Source: Glaucostegus cemiculus
Lineage: Eukaryota
Length of the DNA stretch: 64,000 nt
Assembly (NCBI GenBank): GCA_976551045.1
Contig: CDPCPM010000005.1
Location: forward strand, 186,001-250,000
Direction of reading: 5' to 3'
Part shown: piece by piece, positions 52,821 to 64,000 of the stretch
Numbering within the stretch: the first letter of the stretch is position 1
Layout: every line of letters starts with the position of its first letter
Notes under the pieces: model-generated
Databases searched by the model: none
The model's input: the letters and a program-made list of their open reading frames with translations, nothing else
What the model was told of the DNA's origin: nothing
Program-made: the position numbers and the translations under genes

Positions 52821-55180
52821 TTTATTTATTTACTTTTTATTATATTTATATTCTGCCCAATCTTCTGACCTATCACCCATCTTTGTGAACTTACATTGTT
52901 TGTGTGACTTCTTGCTACTTTTAACGTTGTTGGATGGTGGGTTCTTTCCTTGTAATTTTTCTTTCTCATTGGAATTCTGTGCATTCTGGAAGATCCCTTC
53001 AAATATATGCCACTGAATCTCAATTAACTGATCATTTAACCGAATCTGCCATTTCATTTGAGCTAGCTGTGCTTTCATGACTACATAAATGTCTTGATTT
53101 AAATTTGAAATTCTTATCTTGAGCCCATTTTTCTTTCTCTCAAATTATGACCAATGCTACCTTTGGGAGCCTTCATGATGAAGTCATGAACTAATCCTTC
53201 TTTGTTGCCCTATCCCAGGGCTAACATAAGCTGCTCTCTGGTTGTCTCCAGAATGTGTTGTTTTAAGAAAGTTTTTCAAAAGTATCCAGGTAATCTCTTC
53301 CCCCATCCTGATATATTGCAGCTTCACCATCAGCTCAGTCACATTGAGCCAAGGCTTCTTGAGTTGCTGCTGTTTGCCCGAAATCACACTAACACATCCA
53401 GGAGCTTCCACGTACTGCAGCCATGACACATCACTTATACTGCTGTCATTGCTGTTATTAACTAAATTGTTTTGTACAGTTATTTTCCATTCTTATTATT
53501 ATCTTGCCCCCCCCCCCCCAACATTCTGTACCGTTTTAAACCTAAGGAAAGAATGGACCTTAACTACTTATCAGATACTCTGACCAAATAGTTAGCTTTT
53601 TTCTCTGTCTCCCAGGTCATAAGCCTGTGAAGTAAAAAAAATGTCAGAAATGTCAGGAGGGAAAGGTTAGGTAGATCTTAGAGCAGGATAAAATGTTGGT
53701 ACAGCATTGTGAGCCGAAGGTCCTGTGCTGAGCTGTAGTGTTCTATGTTTTAAAATGCTCACCAGTCAGCTAGCCATGTTCCATCAACATCACACTTTCA
53801 AAGTGATGTCAGTATGAGTTGTTCTAACCAGCACTGATCTTTATGGAACATCACTATCTATTTATAATGCAAATAGCTACCCTTTCCTCCCATTCTTTGC
53901 TTGCAATCTTGAGGCCAGCTCATAATCCATTCTGACCTTATTGGTCTATGTGGTTTAATATAATGAAGGTTGTTTGAAACTCTTGATAAATTCCATCTGT
54001 TTGTCTACTTTCTCTGTAATCTCTTCAAAAATTAACTAAGGTTAGTCGAGCAAGAGCTTCCCTTTTCAGATCCATGCCGACTATTCATTATCATAATTCA
54101 TGTTTCTAGAATTCTATTTTCTTCCTTCGAATGGATTGCATTATTTTTCCTGTCACCAATGTTAAGCTGATCCAAGTCTGTAGTTCCTGGTATGGGAATT
54201 ATTTTCCTCCTCAAACGAGGATGCACTCGGCCCTCATTATCTATGAGGGATAGGGGCATGGACTTGCTGTGCGTAACAGAAAATGTGGCTATCACTAAAG
54301 CCCTCTCTGATGTACCCAATACACCCCCACCTCCAATTAGATGTAAATGTATTGACACTTACAAGCAATCACCAGTTTTGAAATCACAAACTGCAGCTGT
54401 GTAAACAAAAACCACTCTCTTAGAACAACAGCTGGGATGTTGTACAACAGGGAGCCACTTGACACAAGTGGTCTGAAAACTGATTATGCTTTTTTGGCTG
54501 TTTAGTATAGGCATCACAAAAAGGGAAAAAATTACATCTGTATATTTTTCTGCTCTTTTGAGGCCTGGGGCTGGTCTCACAAGTATGTGAATCCACAGAT
54601 AGGATTGATTGTGTTGCATTAGCTATCCATTAGTCTTCCAGCACTGCAGTATATTTTATTAAATGATTTAATATATATAGATTTGCCTCTGCCTTCTCTT
54701 TCCTAGATTATTTTAAAATGCATGGATGCAATCTATCTGGACCCGGGGGGAGGGGTGGGTTGTTAACTTCTTGGGATTTGATTGGATTATTTAATATATC
54801 GCTATTTTCCATTTTAAATGCAAATCTCTTTGCTCACCTCTTCATCTAATGCCAGGTTCACTTGTATTACAGGTGGTAAATACCAAAATGAAAAAAATAG
54901 TTTAACTTTTCTACCACTTCCTTGTAATTACATATGGTATTGTTCTGTCTTTCTTTTAATGGTCTTAGTCTTGTTACTTAATAATTTAATTTAATAGTTC
55001 CTGTGTACTTTTTTTTACTTAACCTCATTGTATTCTGTCTCATCATAGACTTCTCTGCTGTCTATGTATCTTTTTTATATTTACTTGTTTACAGAGTCTG
55101 GATATCACTGACAATGCTATTATTTGTCTATCCCCAATTTTTCTTCAGCTGAGGAGGCAGTTAAGAGTCAACCACACTGG

Positions 55181-55303
55181 CTTCCTCACTTTTCCTTTTC
55201 TGATTAAGGTTCATTGACCTGAAGTATTAACTCTGGTTTCTAATTCCAAAGACCTACCAGCATTTTCTGTTTTTATTCTGAGTTCCGGCACATGTATAAT
55301 TTT
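55181..55303 (+). mobile_element. Single-arm Penelope-type insertion with 13-bp TSD inside an older SINE-like repeat (~55100-55565)
   Basis: ctgattaaggttcattgacctgaag (decayed hammerhead core) ... ccagcattttctgtttttatt, flanked by TCAACCACACTGG (55168-55180) and TCAACCACATTGG (55304-55316). Confidence 0.7.
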
Positions 55304-55792
55304 TCAACCACATTGGAGGGTCTTGGATCAAATATAGGCCAGACCAATAAGAATGGCAGATTTCCTAAAGGATATTAATGAAACAGATGGGATTTTTTGA
55401 CAATCCAGTGGTTTCATAGTCACCAACGCTGTGACTGGCTTTTAAAAGACCCAGATGTATTTAATTACTTGAATTTAAATTCCCCACTTGCTATGGCGGT
55501 TTTCAAACATGTCCTTGGATCAAGATATCTGATTACTCTCTCAATAACTTAACCACTACACTAATGCAATATATACCTCTTTCCTTTCCCTCAGTTGCTT
55601 CCTTATGTCCTTATTCACCCACAGAATGTTATGAGTGTTTGGTTTATTCTTTCCTATTAGCAGAAAAGGTTTTTCTTGCATTCTATTGAATACATTTTTA
55701 AACGTTCTCCCTTGTTTTTCTAAATCATTGTTTGCCAAGATTGCTGCTGCCAAGTTTATCTTCCCAGGTTCTAATTCCAGCCCCTCAAAATC

Positions 55793-56062
55793 AGGCTGCT
55801 TGGACCCTCGAGCTTACTTGGCCATTCAGCAAGATTGTGGCTGATCATCTACCTCAATACCATTTTTCTGCCCTGTCCCCATTTCCAAAGGTTTCAGTTC
55901 TGAACAAAATTGTTGACCGAGTCTCTGCAGTTCTTGGGGGTGGAGAATTCAAAAGAGTCTCCTCCCTTTGAATAAAGGAAGTCCTCCTTATTTCAGTCTT
56001 AAATAGTCTACCCCTTACTTTGAGACTGTGCCCTAGCCAAGGAAAACATCCTTCATGTGTTT
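55793..56062 (-). repeat. CR1 3' fragment, copy 1 of a local direct duplication
   Basis: Aligns closely to 59099-59357. Confidence 0.8.
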
Positions 56063-57292
56063 TAACTTCTCTGTTGCATCCATCTTTCTCAATCCATCTT
56101 GCCTTTATATTCATGAAAAGACAAGATAATAAGTTCCTCCACCATTATTTTCTTGTCTTTTTCTTCAAAAGCAAATAAAATGTGTAGAATAACACAAGAA
56201 AACAAAACCATAGTGTTTCAGTTCATTAAATTAAGTGGCAGGTGTCAAAAGGTTCATTTCTGAAGGATTGAATATGATGGATCTGAATGAGTCATAAATG
56301 ATACTGTTGTCTCATGGAAGGAAGGTTCTGTTCCTGTGCCTGGCGTGAAGCTCTTAACTGTCCTGATTAACGAATGTTGTATGGAAATAAAAATAACATT
56401 TTTGTCAAGCACTTGAGGCTTTTTATCATGCTCCATGGAGGGAAAAGTAACAATGTAAATTACAGTATACTGACAAAAAAATTGTGCGGTGGCAGTCGAC
56501 TTGTTTTAATGCGATTTTTGTCTCTTTTTTGCCCCTAATCGAAGGAAGAAATATTTTCTGAATGCTTCTCCAATGGAGACTTTTACTATTTGTCCAGAAT
56601 TGGGTAAAATTGTTTTCAGGCTTGCAGATATGCTAAACCTATGCTAGTGCTGTTTTACGAGAAGAAAGTACATTCTTCTGTTGTGAAAGCCATTACTCTG
56701 AAAGCAGAGAGGAATTCCCGTTCAGTGAACGCAACTTAGATTGAAGTGTATTAAGTAATATTTTCTGTCAGCCAATGATAAAATTAAACTTCAAGAATGC
56801 ATGCTGGGCTGAATGGACTAATGGCAGCTTCTACATGTATCAAGGTATTTTTAAAACCACCATCTGCTTGTGGGAAGGATACTGGGTTTTGTTAGTTTTG
56901 CCTTTGCTGTTGCACCCATCTTTTCAGCACCACCACCTCCCCCAACCACCACCATCCCACACCTGCATCACTCTTTCAAACTTCACCTATGGCAAAGTCT
57001 GCAGACCGATATCAGCCTCCTTATTCACCTCAGAACCAACAGAACTGTTGTGGAAACAATTTGTTGTCAACCCTGAGCAATTATCTACGTATAAAGATCC
57101 ATTCGATCAGTAAGGAATCCATCAGCTTCCTGGCACGAAACTGACTAAAGCTGTAACAGCTGCAGCTACCACAACTCCTGCAGGGTTTCAAACACTTCAT
57201 TTCCTCTACAAATTTCACTCAGTTCTCCAGCTTTTTATGCTTTTTACCATGGCCTGTGAGTACCGTGGCCTTTTATGCAGGTTGGCCAAATG

Positions 57293-57825
57293 TTCAGAAT
57301 CAGATTTATTATCACTGACATATGACATGAAATTTGTTGTTTTGCAGCAGCAGTACAGTGCTAAGATGTAAAAATCTATAAATTACAAAATAAACAAATA
57401 GTGCAATGAAAAGGAAAAATGAGGTAGTGTTCATGGATCGTTCAGAAATCTGATGGCAGAGGGGAAGAAGCTGTTCTTGAATCATTGAGTTTGGGTTTTC
57501 AGGCTCCTGTACCTCCTCCCTCCCTGATGGTAGTAATGAGAAGAGGGCGTGTCCTGGATGGTGACGGTCCTTAATGATAAATGGCACCGCGTCTTGAAGA
57601 TGACCTCAGTGGTGAGGAAGGTTGTGTCCATGATGGAGCTGGCTGAATCTATAACCCTCTGCAGCCTCTTGCGATCCTGTGTGTTGGAGGCTCCATACCA
57701 TGCTGTATGGCAACCAGTCAGGATGCTCTCCACTATACATCTATAGAGATTTGTAGGAGCCTTTGATGATGTACCAAATCTCCTCAAGCTCCTAATGTAG
57801 ATCTGCTGGCTTGCCTTTCCTGCCT
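57293..57825 (-). mobile_element. 5'-truncated Rex1/Babar-type LINE (second subfamily)
   Basis: LRRFG...NLYRCIVESILTGCHTAWYG...DRKRLQRVI and HPGHALFSLLPSGR motifs, with tail aataaatctgattctgaa. Confidence 0.85.
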
Positions 57826-58628
57826 TTGTAGCTCTTATGAGTTGTTTACTATCCTCCATTGACAACTCTTGAGGTTTCACCTGTGCATGTGGAAAAATAA
57901 CACTTTGCCTTTGATTTTTTTGTACTATCAGCATCTTGGCTGTGAGTTTTTTCTGAACTTATGGAACAGTATATCAACACTGTAACTACTTGTCATGTAA
58001 TTTAGTCATGTAATTTTCCCTTGTGGTTAGAAGATATGACTGAATTATTGAGATGCACCAAACTCCAAATAAGCCGGACACCATGTTGTCCTCTGAACTT
58101 CTTCAATTCAATAAAATCATGACTGAACTGCTCTATTCCATTTTCCCATCCTCTACCTGTTACCTCTTTGTTAAAAAAAAATCAATTGATCACAGTGCTG
58201 TGCATAGTGACATTGTTAGTCCTACATGGCAAAGAATTACAAAGATTTGCATCCCTCAAAATATTTTCTCATATTGACTTTAAGCAACTGATCTCTTTTC
58301 CAGAGACCAAGAGCCTTAGTTTTGAACTTTCTGACATGGGTAATAGCTTCAAACCATTTACTATGTCCTGCTTGCTAATAACTTGATATGTTTTTTTAGT
58401 CACTTGCAAAATAAACTTAAGGTATGTTCTACTCAAACTTTCCTCATATGCCTGTCCCCTTAATCCTGGAATCCATCTAGTGAATCCTCAGGCAAGCATA
58501 TCCTTCCTTTGTTAAAGAGACTAAATTACAGACAGTATTTGGTATAGTCTCATCAAATCTCTTCTATGATTGTGTGATTTGATTATTCTTTTTGCATACT
58601 CTGCTGCTGTGTCATTTCCCAGTTGTTT

Positions 58629-59020
58629 TAAGACCCCACCCACCCAGGTCATTCTCTCTTCTCTCCTCTTCCATCGGGTGGAAGATACGGGAACCTGAGG
58701 CACATACCACCAGGCTTAAGGACAGCTTCTACCCCACAGTGATAAGACTATTGAATGGTTCCCTTATACAATGAAATGGACTATGACCTCACGATCTACC
58801 TTGTTGTGACCTTGCACCTTATTGCACTGCACTTTCTCTGTAGCTGTGATACTTTACTCTGTACTGTTATGTTTTTTACCTGTACTACATCAATGCAGAA
58901 TGTACTAACTCAATGTAACTGCACTGTGTAATGAATTGACCTGTATGATTGGTATGCAAGACAAGTTTTTCACTGTACCTCGATACAAGTGACAATAATA
59001 AACACATACCAATTCCAATA
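58629..59020 (+). mobile_element. 5'-truncated Rex1/Babar LINE, same family as 36803-37306, opposite orientation
   Basis: TTRLKDSFYPTVIRLLNGSLIQ followed by a closely similar 3'UTR. Confidence 0.85.
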
Positions 59021-59098
59021 AATTACTTGAAGATATCCATCAACATCCCGAAAGACTCAACACATAAACTGAATGAGTACCACAAAAATAACTGGAGT

Positions 59099-59357
59099 AG
59101 GCTGCTCAGATCCTTGAGCTTGCTTGGTCATTCAACAACATTGTGGCTGATCATCTGGTTCAATAACATTTTCCTGCCCTGTCCCCATTTCCAAAGATTT
59201 CAGTTCTGAACAAAATTGTTGACTGTTCCTCTGCAGTCCTCAGGGGCGGAGAATTCAAAAGAGTCACCTCGCTTTGAATAAGGAAAGTCCTCCTTATTTC
59301 AGTCCTAAATGGTCTACCCCTTACTTTGAGACATGGGGAAACATCCTTCATGTGTTT
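59099..59357 (-). repeat. CR1 3' fragment, copy 2 of the local duplication
   Basis: Aligns closely to 55793-56062. Confidence 0.8.
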
Positions 59358-60271
59358 ACCCTATTGAACTCGCTAAGAATTTTGTAAGTTTCAAAAGATG
59401 ATTGTATACCAAATGTGAACTATCGGTTCATTTCAAGGTTGCAGTCCAAAGCTGGAAATGATCAGTCCACTCTTCAGAAAAGGCCTGAACCAAAGCTGAA
59501 GATGCTGTGAATCTAAATTAAAAAGAGTCTCACAAAAGCAAACACTGTGGATGGTGAAAATCTGAAAAATAAAATGCTGGAAATATTCAGCAGGTCATTT
59601 AGCATTCCATTTTCTCTTTTTGGTTACTTGCTCTGGTTTTTTTTTGAAAATATCTTTTGTTACATAAAAGGCTGTTTGAACTTGTAAAGGAATTGAGGTG
59701 GTAGAGAAATTGCATCCACCAGTGGATGAACCTTAGACTTGATTCTAAAACTATGGGCCAGACCATTCAGAAGAGAAGTCAGGAAATACCTCCCCATGCA
59801 AAGAGTGCCGAATCATCCTGCCACTCATTTAGATCACACCTTAATAGATTTTTGCTCACCATGGTTATAAATGGATTTGGTGTATTAGTATGCAGATGGA
59901 GTTTGGATTAAATCACTTTCAGTCCCACTGAGTGGTGGAACAACCTTGAGGGTTGAATAGCCTACCCCTGTGCATGCATCTCCAACACTGAGAATTGCTT
60001 TGTGTCACATATAATTCCCTACAGACTGTAAACTCTTTAATTTGCTGCATCTCATTTACACAGCAGCACAGGTAAATTAAGTTCAGGAGCTTATTTATTT
60101 TGATTTGATGAAACAAGTTTGAAATTGAGGGGTGAATCAGCAACCATAGCAATAGCCCACAGAATGCTATTTCAGACATCTTGTTAGATGTTAGCATGTT
60201 AAATTATTTATTTCTTAAGAGACAGCAATAGTTATAATCTTTGGATATTGACTTTATTTTATTTCTTGCAG

Positions 60272-60301
60272 CAAACAAAAGTCTGCTTGGAGGAGGAGGA
60301 G
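60272..60301 (+). CDS. MACROD2: 30-nt internal coding micro-exon of the mono-ADP-ribosylhydrolase MACROD2 (equivalent to mammalian exon 4)
   Basis: tttattttatttcttgcag|CAAACAAAAGTCTGCTTGGAGGAGGAGGAG|gtaagt. Strong acceptor and donor, phase 1-1, reading (A)NKSLLGGGG(V), the conserved macrodomain AN.SLLGGGGV motif. It is on the strand opposite FLRT3 and downstream of it, as in other vertebrates. Confidence 0.9.
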
Positions 60302-60924
60302 GTAAGTATTTGTAAATTCTGCTCAGCTCTGTTGGTTCACAATTGTATCTTTAAATGCTATTTATCCAATCTTCTTTCATTGTAATGTTATAAATCTTCT
60401 GTAAATGCTGATGTGATGATCTGAATTTGCTGGTTTTCAACCACTTGTCCTGCATGAGTTATTATATCGTGATGTAATTGTCACATTTCTCCCTTTCAGT
60501 ATCTTCAAATGTTATCTCATCTTCCTTTTTAAATGGTTTATCAAATTGAACCTAACTAACTCATTAATCCTGATAATGTGAGATCTGAGATGCTTTCGTG
60601 TTCCTCTTGAAGTTTTACAGCGTTTCATGTCTGTCAGTTATTGATGGTACCAATTAATACTTAATGTTTCATATTTCATTTGTAGTATTGAATTTCTTCA
60701 AGGCCTAATTATGTTTCTATAATAATTTGAGATTTTATTTATACACTGTAGAACCTGTAATTAGTTTGCAGTAGTCATGGCTGGTATATCCATATCGCTT
60801 GTAGGTTACTACAGGAAAAATTAATTTAAAATAATCTTATGAAAATAATCACCATTTTATTACCTGTATTTGTAGAAAATGACATTTTGGTGAAAATAAC
60901 AAGTAAAGAATTAACATAATTCCT

Positions 60925-61205
60925 GACAGCTTGAAAGAGTAGATGTCATGAGCCTGTTTCCTTGCCTGGAGAATCAAAAATGTTGGGCCACAACCTCAGA
61001 ATAATGGGTCGGCCTTATGAAATGATTTTTTTCTCTCAAAGGGTTTTCTTAATTTACCATTGCAGATGCTTTGAAGGCGAATTTATTCAAAACTGAGACT
61101 GATAGGTTTAGAGGTATCAAGGGATATGGGAAAACATAGAAGAGTGCAGTTTAAGTGCAAGATCAGTCACAATCTTATTGAATGTAAGAGTGGGCTTAAA
61201 GGAAT
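60925..61205 (+). mobile_element. CR1 LINE 3' remnant
   Basis: tgtttccttgcctggagaatc, tttttctctcaaagggtt, atcaagggatatggg, gatcagtcacaatcttattgaatg. Confidence 0.65.
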
Positions 61206-61499
61206 AGTCTATTTTTTTTTGAGAATAGGCAACACAGAAATGGGTCATTCATTTCAGCAGGTTGTGCTTCATGTGAACCTTCTCCCTGCTTCTTGTATCT
61301 AATTCCATCAGTGTAAGCTTGTATCCCTTCCTTCATCATATGCATATGGAGCCTTTTTAAATATTTCTCTGCCCGATACCTTAACCACATATCACTATAA
61401 CCTTATACAATACAACTCTCTCTTTAACCTCCTTTGTTTTTTCCCAAGGTCCTTGGATGTGTTGTAACCTCCCATAACTCTTCCCATCTTTCTCAGAGC

Positions 61500-62130
61500 T
61501 CCTTGTTGAATTTCCCAAATTAAACTTCTACCCTTGCTGCAGTATCAAAATGGCTCTTACTGAAGTCACAACTGATATCCTACTTGATGTAACCAGGCAA
61601 TCTTTCCCCCTTGAATCCCTTGCCCTTCTGTAGCTTTTGTCACAATTGGCAGTACCATCTACCATCAGTATTTCTCTGCTGTGGCCTAAATGGATGGGAT
61701 CACAGTCACTTGGTTCCATTTTTATCCATCCTGTTGTAGCCTGTGAATCACCTGTGATGGCTTCTCTTTCTGCTACCAAATAGTTATGTCTGGTGATTCC
61801 CAAGGATCTACTCACAGCTGCCTTCTGTTTCTTGGCAGCAGCACAGGGCCAATTCTCATGTGTACACAGATGTGCATCTTTGTCACAGCACCAACTCTTT
61901 GACCCCTCCTCTGTCTCTGAATTTTCACACTGCTCCTCTGACATTCAACATTGGATGGGCAGAAATTACTTTCAATTGAACATGAGGAAGGCATAAGCTA
62001 TTGTCGTCACTTTCCACCACCAAGTTCAACCCTCTTCCTGGCAATTGATTGAAATGGAATCAAGCTTTATTTACAATTGTGTTGCTGTATTTGTCTCCAA
62101 GATGACTTTCAGGTCACACATGCATCAGTA
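61500..62130 (+). mobile_element. L2-clade RT remnant
   Basis: Decayed ALTEVTTDIL, G(D)SQGS and YTD (YADD-like) motifs in the expected order. Confidence 0.65.
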
Positions 62131-62649
62131 GGGTTGCTTCACTGAGGTATACAATCAGGTTAGGCAGAGAGAAGCAGGGTTAACATTTCAGGTTGACAAC
62201 CTCTCAGCAGCTTTAGGAAAAGTTAAAATGAAACCTGTTTAAGATGCAGAAGATGGGGAAGGGGCTATGGAAGAGAAGAAAGGTAATGTCTGTGATTGGG
62301 TGGTGATCTGAGAGGAATTAACTAACTTCAGTGGTGGTGTACCAGCTGAAAGCGACTGGAGGAGTTGTAAATTCATCTCCTCCTATTTACACCTTCTCCA
62401 GATGCACTTCTTCTACCAGCCTTCACCAGCACCATCACCACTTGTTTCATTCAGTTCATCTTTACCAGGTTATAGACCTCCCCTTTCATTCTCTCTGAAG
62501 ATCTATGTGTGAGAAATCTAACAATTTCTTTGAAATGAACTTGCCCTTTTTCTGCCATTGGGCATCTGTTTGGGTATCAACCAACAAAGATATAATTAAA
62601 CTAGCTAAACATCTGCTTGTATTCAACAGTAAACCAAGAAAGAAAAAGC

Positions 62650-64000
62650 CTTTGCCGGCAAACATTTTACGCCAATCAACCTTTGTAAGCTCCTTTCTAA
62701 TACTGTCAAAATTTGCCTTGACCCCATTTAGAACTTGAACTTGTGGACCAGTTCTGTCCTCTTCCATAACTATTTTAAAACTAATAAACCTATGGTCACT
62801 GGTCCCAAAGTACTCCCTCACTGTCACCTCAGTCACTTGCCCTCCCCATTACCCAAAAGTAGGTCGAGTTTTGCCCTCTCCCTGGTGGGGTCTTCTATAA
62901 ATTGCGTGAGGAAACTTGCCTGAACATAGTTAACAAATTCCACCCCATCTAAGCCCTTTACATTATGGCAGTCCCAGGTAAGGTTAGGAAATTTAAAATT
63001 CCCCACTATGACAGCCCTATTACTCTTGCAACTCTCCACAGTCTCCTGCATATTTGATCCTCTAATTCCTGTTGACTATTTGGTGCCCCTAGTATACCCC
63101 AACAAGGTGATCATCCCCTTCTTATTTGTCAGCTCTGCCCATAAAGCCTCACTGGATGATCCCTTGGTAATTTCATCTCTGACTACTGCTGTGATGTTCC
63201 CCTTAATCAAAAATTCAACTCCTTTTTTTTCCCTTCACCTCTATTCCATCTAAAGCACTCATACCGTGAACTATTAAGCTGCCAATCCTGACCCTCCCTC
63301 AGCTGTATTTCTGTAATGGCTATAATATCCCAGTCCCACACACCTATCCTTGCCCTGAGTTCATCTGCCTCATGCAGCAAAATAGATGCAATTTAATCCA
63401 ATAGGTTTTCCTTGCTCCCTGCCATTCCCATGTCTGTTATTGTCTATTCAAATTGCTGTCATTAACTTCTGTACCACTTTCCAGCCTCTCATTTCCCTCC
63501 CTCCTGCTATGATCCCACTCCCCTGCTAATCTAGTTTAAGACCTCCTTCATGGCACAAGCAAATCTGCCCACCAGGATATTGGTCCCCCTCCATTTCAGG
63601 TACAACCCATCCCTCTTATACAGGTCATCTCTGCCCCAGAAGAGATCCCAACAGTCCAAAAGTCTGAATCCTTGCTGCTTCCACCAATTTTTTAGCCACA
63701 CATTCACTTGCCATATCCTCCTATTCTTACTATCACTGGAGGTAATCCAGAGATTACTACACTTGAGGTCCTGCTTTTTAACTTTCCTACCTGCCTATAT
63801 TTACTCAGCAGGACTTCGTCTCTTTTTCTATATATGTCATTTGTGCCAATGTGCACAATGACTTTTGCCTGCTCACCTTCCCCCTCACGAATGTTCTGCA
63901 GCTGCTCTGAGACATCCTCGATCCTGGCACCCGGGAGTCAACACACCATCCTGGAGTTCCATTTGTGGCCACAGAATCTCCTGCCTCGCTATCGAGTCTC
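62650..64000 (-). mobile_element. CR1 LINE 5' part: ORF1 SGNH-esterase remnant and ORF2 endonuclease remnant, continuing beyond the window
   Basis: Minus strand reads LPGARIEDVSEQLQNI...VIVHIGTND (ORF1), then AVIVGNFKFP...PTRERAKLDLLLGN...SDHRFISF (APE endonuclease); frameshifted. Confidence 0.88.

Larger units (their letters stand above)
49590..53450 (-). mobile_element. Old long CR1 LINE remnant hosting four nested insertions
   Basis: CR1 3' tail near 49590, RT motif region agcactgatccctgtggtactccac (SGVPQGSVL antisense) at ~51160-51185, EN-proximal remnants to ~53450. The sequence rejoins across each insert. Confidence 0.75.

Noticed and set aside
61528-61944. 138-aa minus-strand ORF near the MACROD2 exon
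   Set aside because: Antisense to an L2 RT remnant; not a host gene.

Overview
AT-rich vertebrate genomic DNA. The repeat content (DeuSINEs, V-SINE/HE1-type SINEs, CR1, L2, Rex1/Babar and Penelope-derived foldbacks) suggests a cartilaginous fish, probably a ray or shark (inference). The window lies almost entirely inside a large intron of MACROD2 (+ strand). Its only visible exon is a 30-nt micro-exon at 60272-60301 encoding ANKSLLGGGG, the macrodomain glycine-rich loop. The intact single-coding-exon gene FLRT3 (6472-8460, - strand) is nested antisense in that intron, with candidate non-coding upstream exons near 10.4-10.5 kb and 17.7-17.9 kb. The rest is non-coding DNA with many decayed and nested transposable elements, and most short ORFs in the track are noise or TE remnants. 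The most notable signals are: (1) short Penelope-type insertions, mostly foldbacks, with 12-15 bp target-site duplications and hammerhead-ribozyme remnants; (2) an odd tandem Gypsy-like LTR remnant that splits a DeuSINE; (3) SINEs sharing one head but carrying different LINE tails; (4) a perfect 19-bp hairpin inside an old CR1; (5) a local duplication of a CR1 fragment. I see no clear evidence of a wholly new protein-coding system. Family names come from recognition, not database search, and TE boundaries are approximate.
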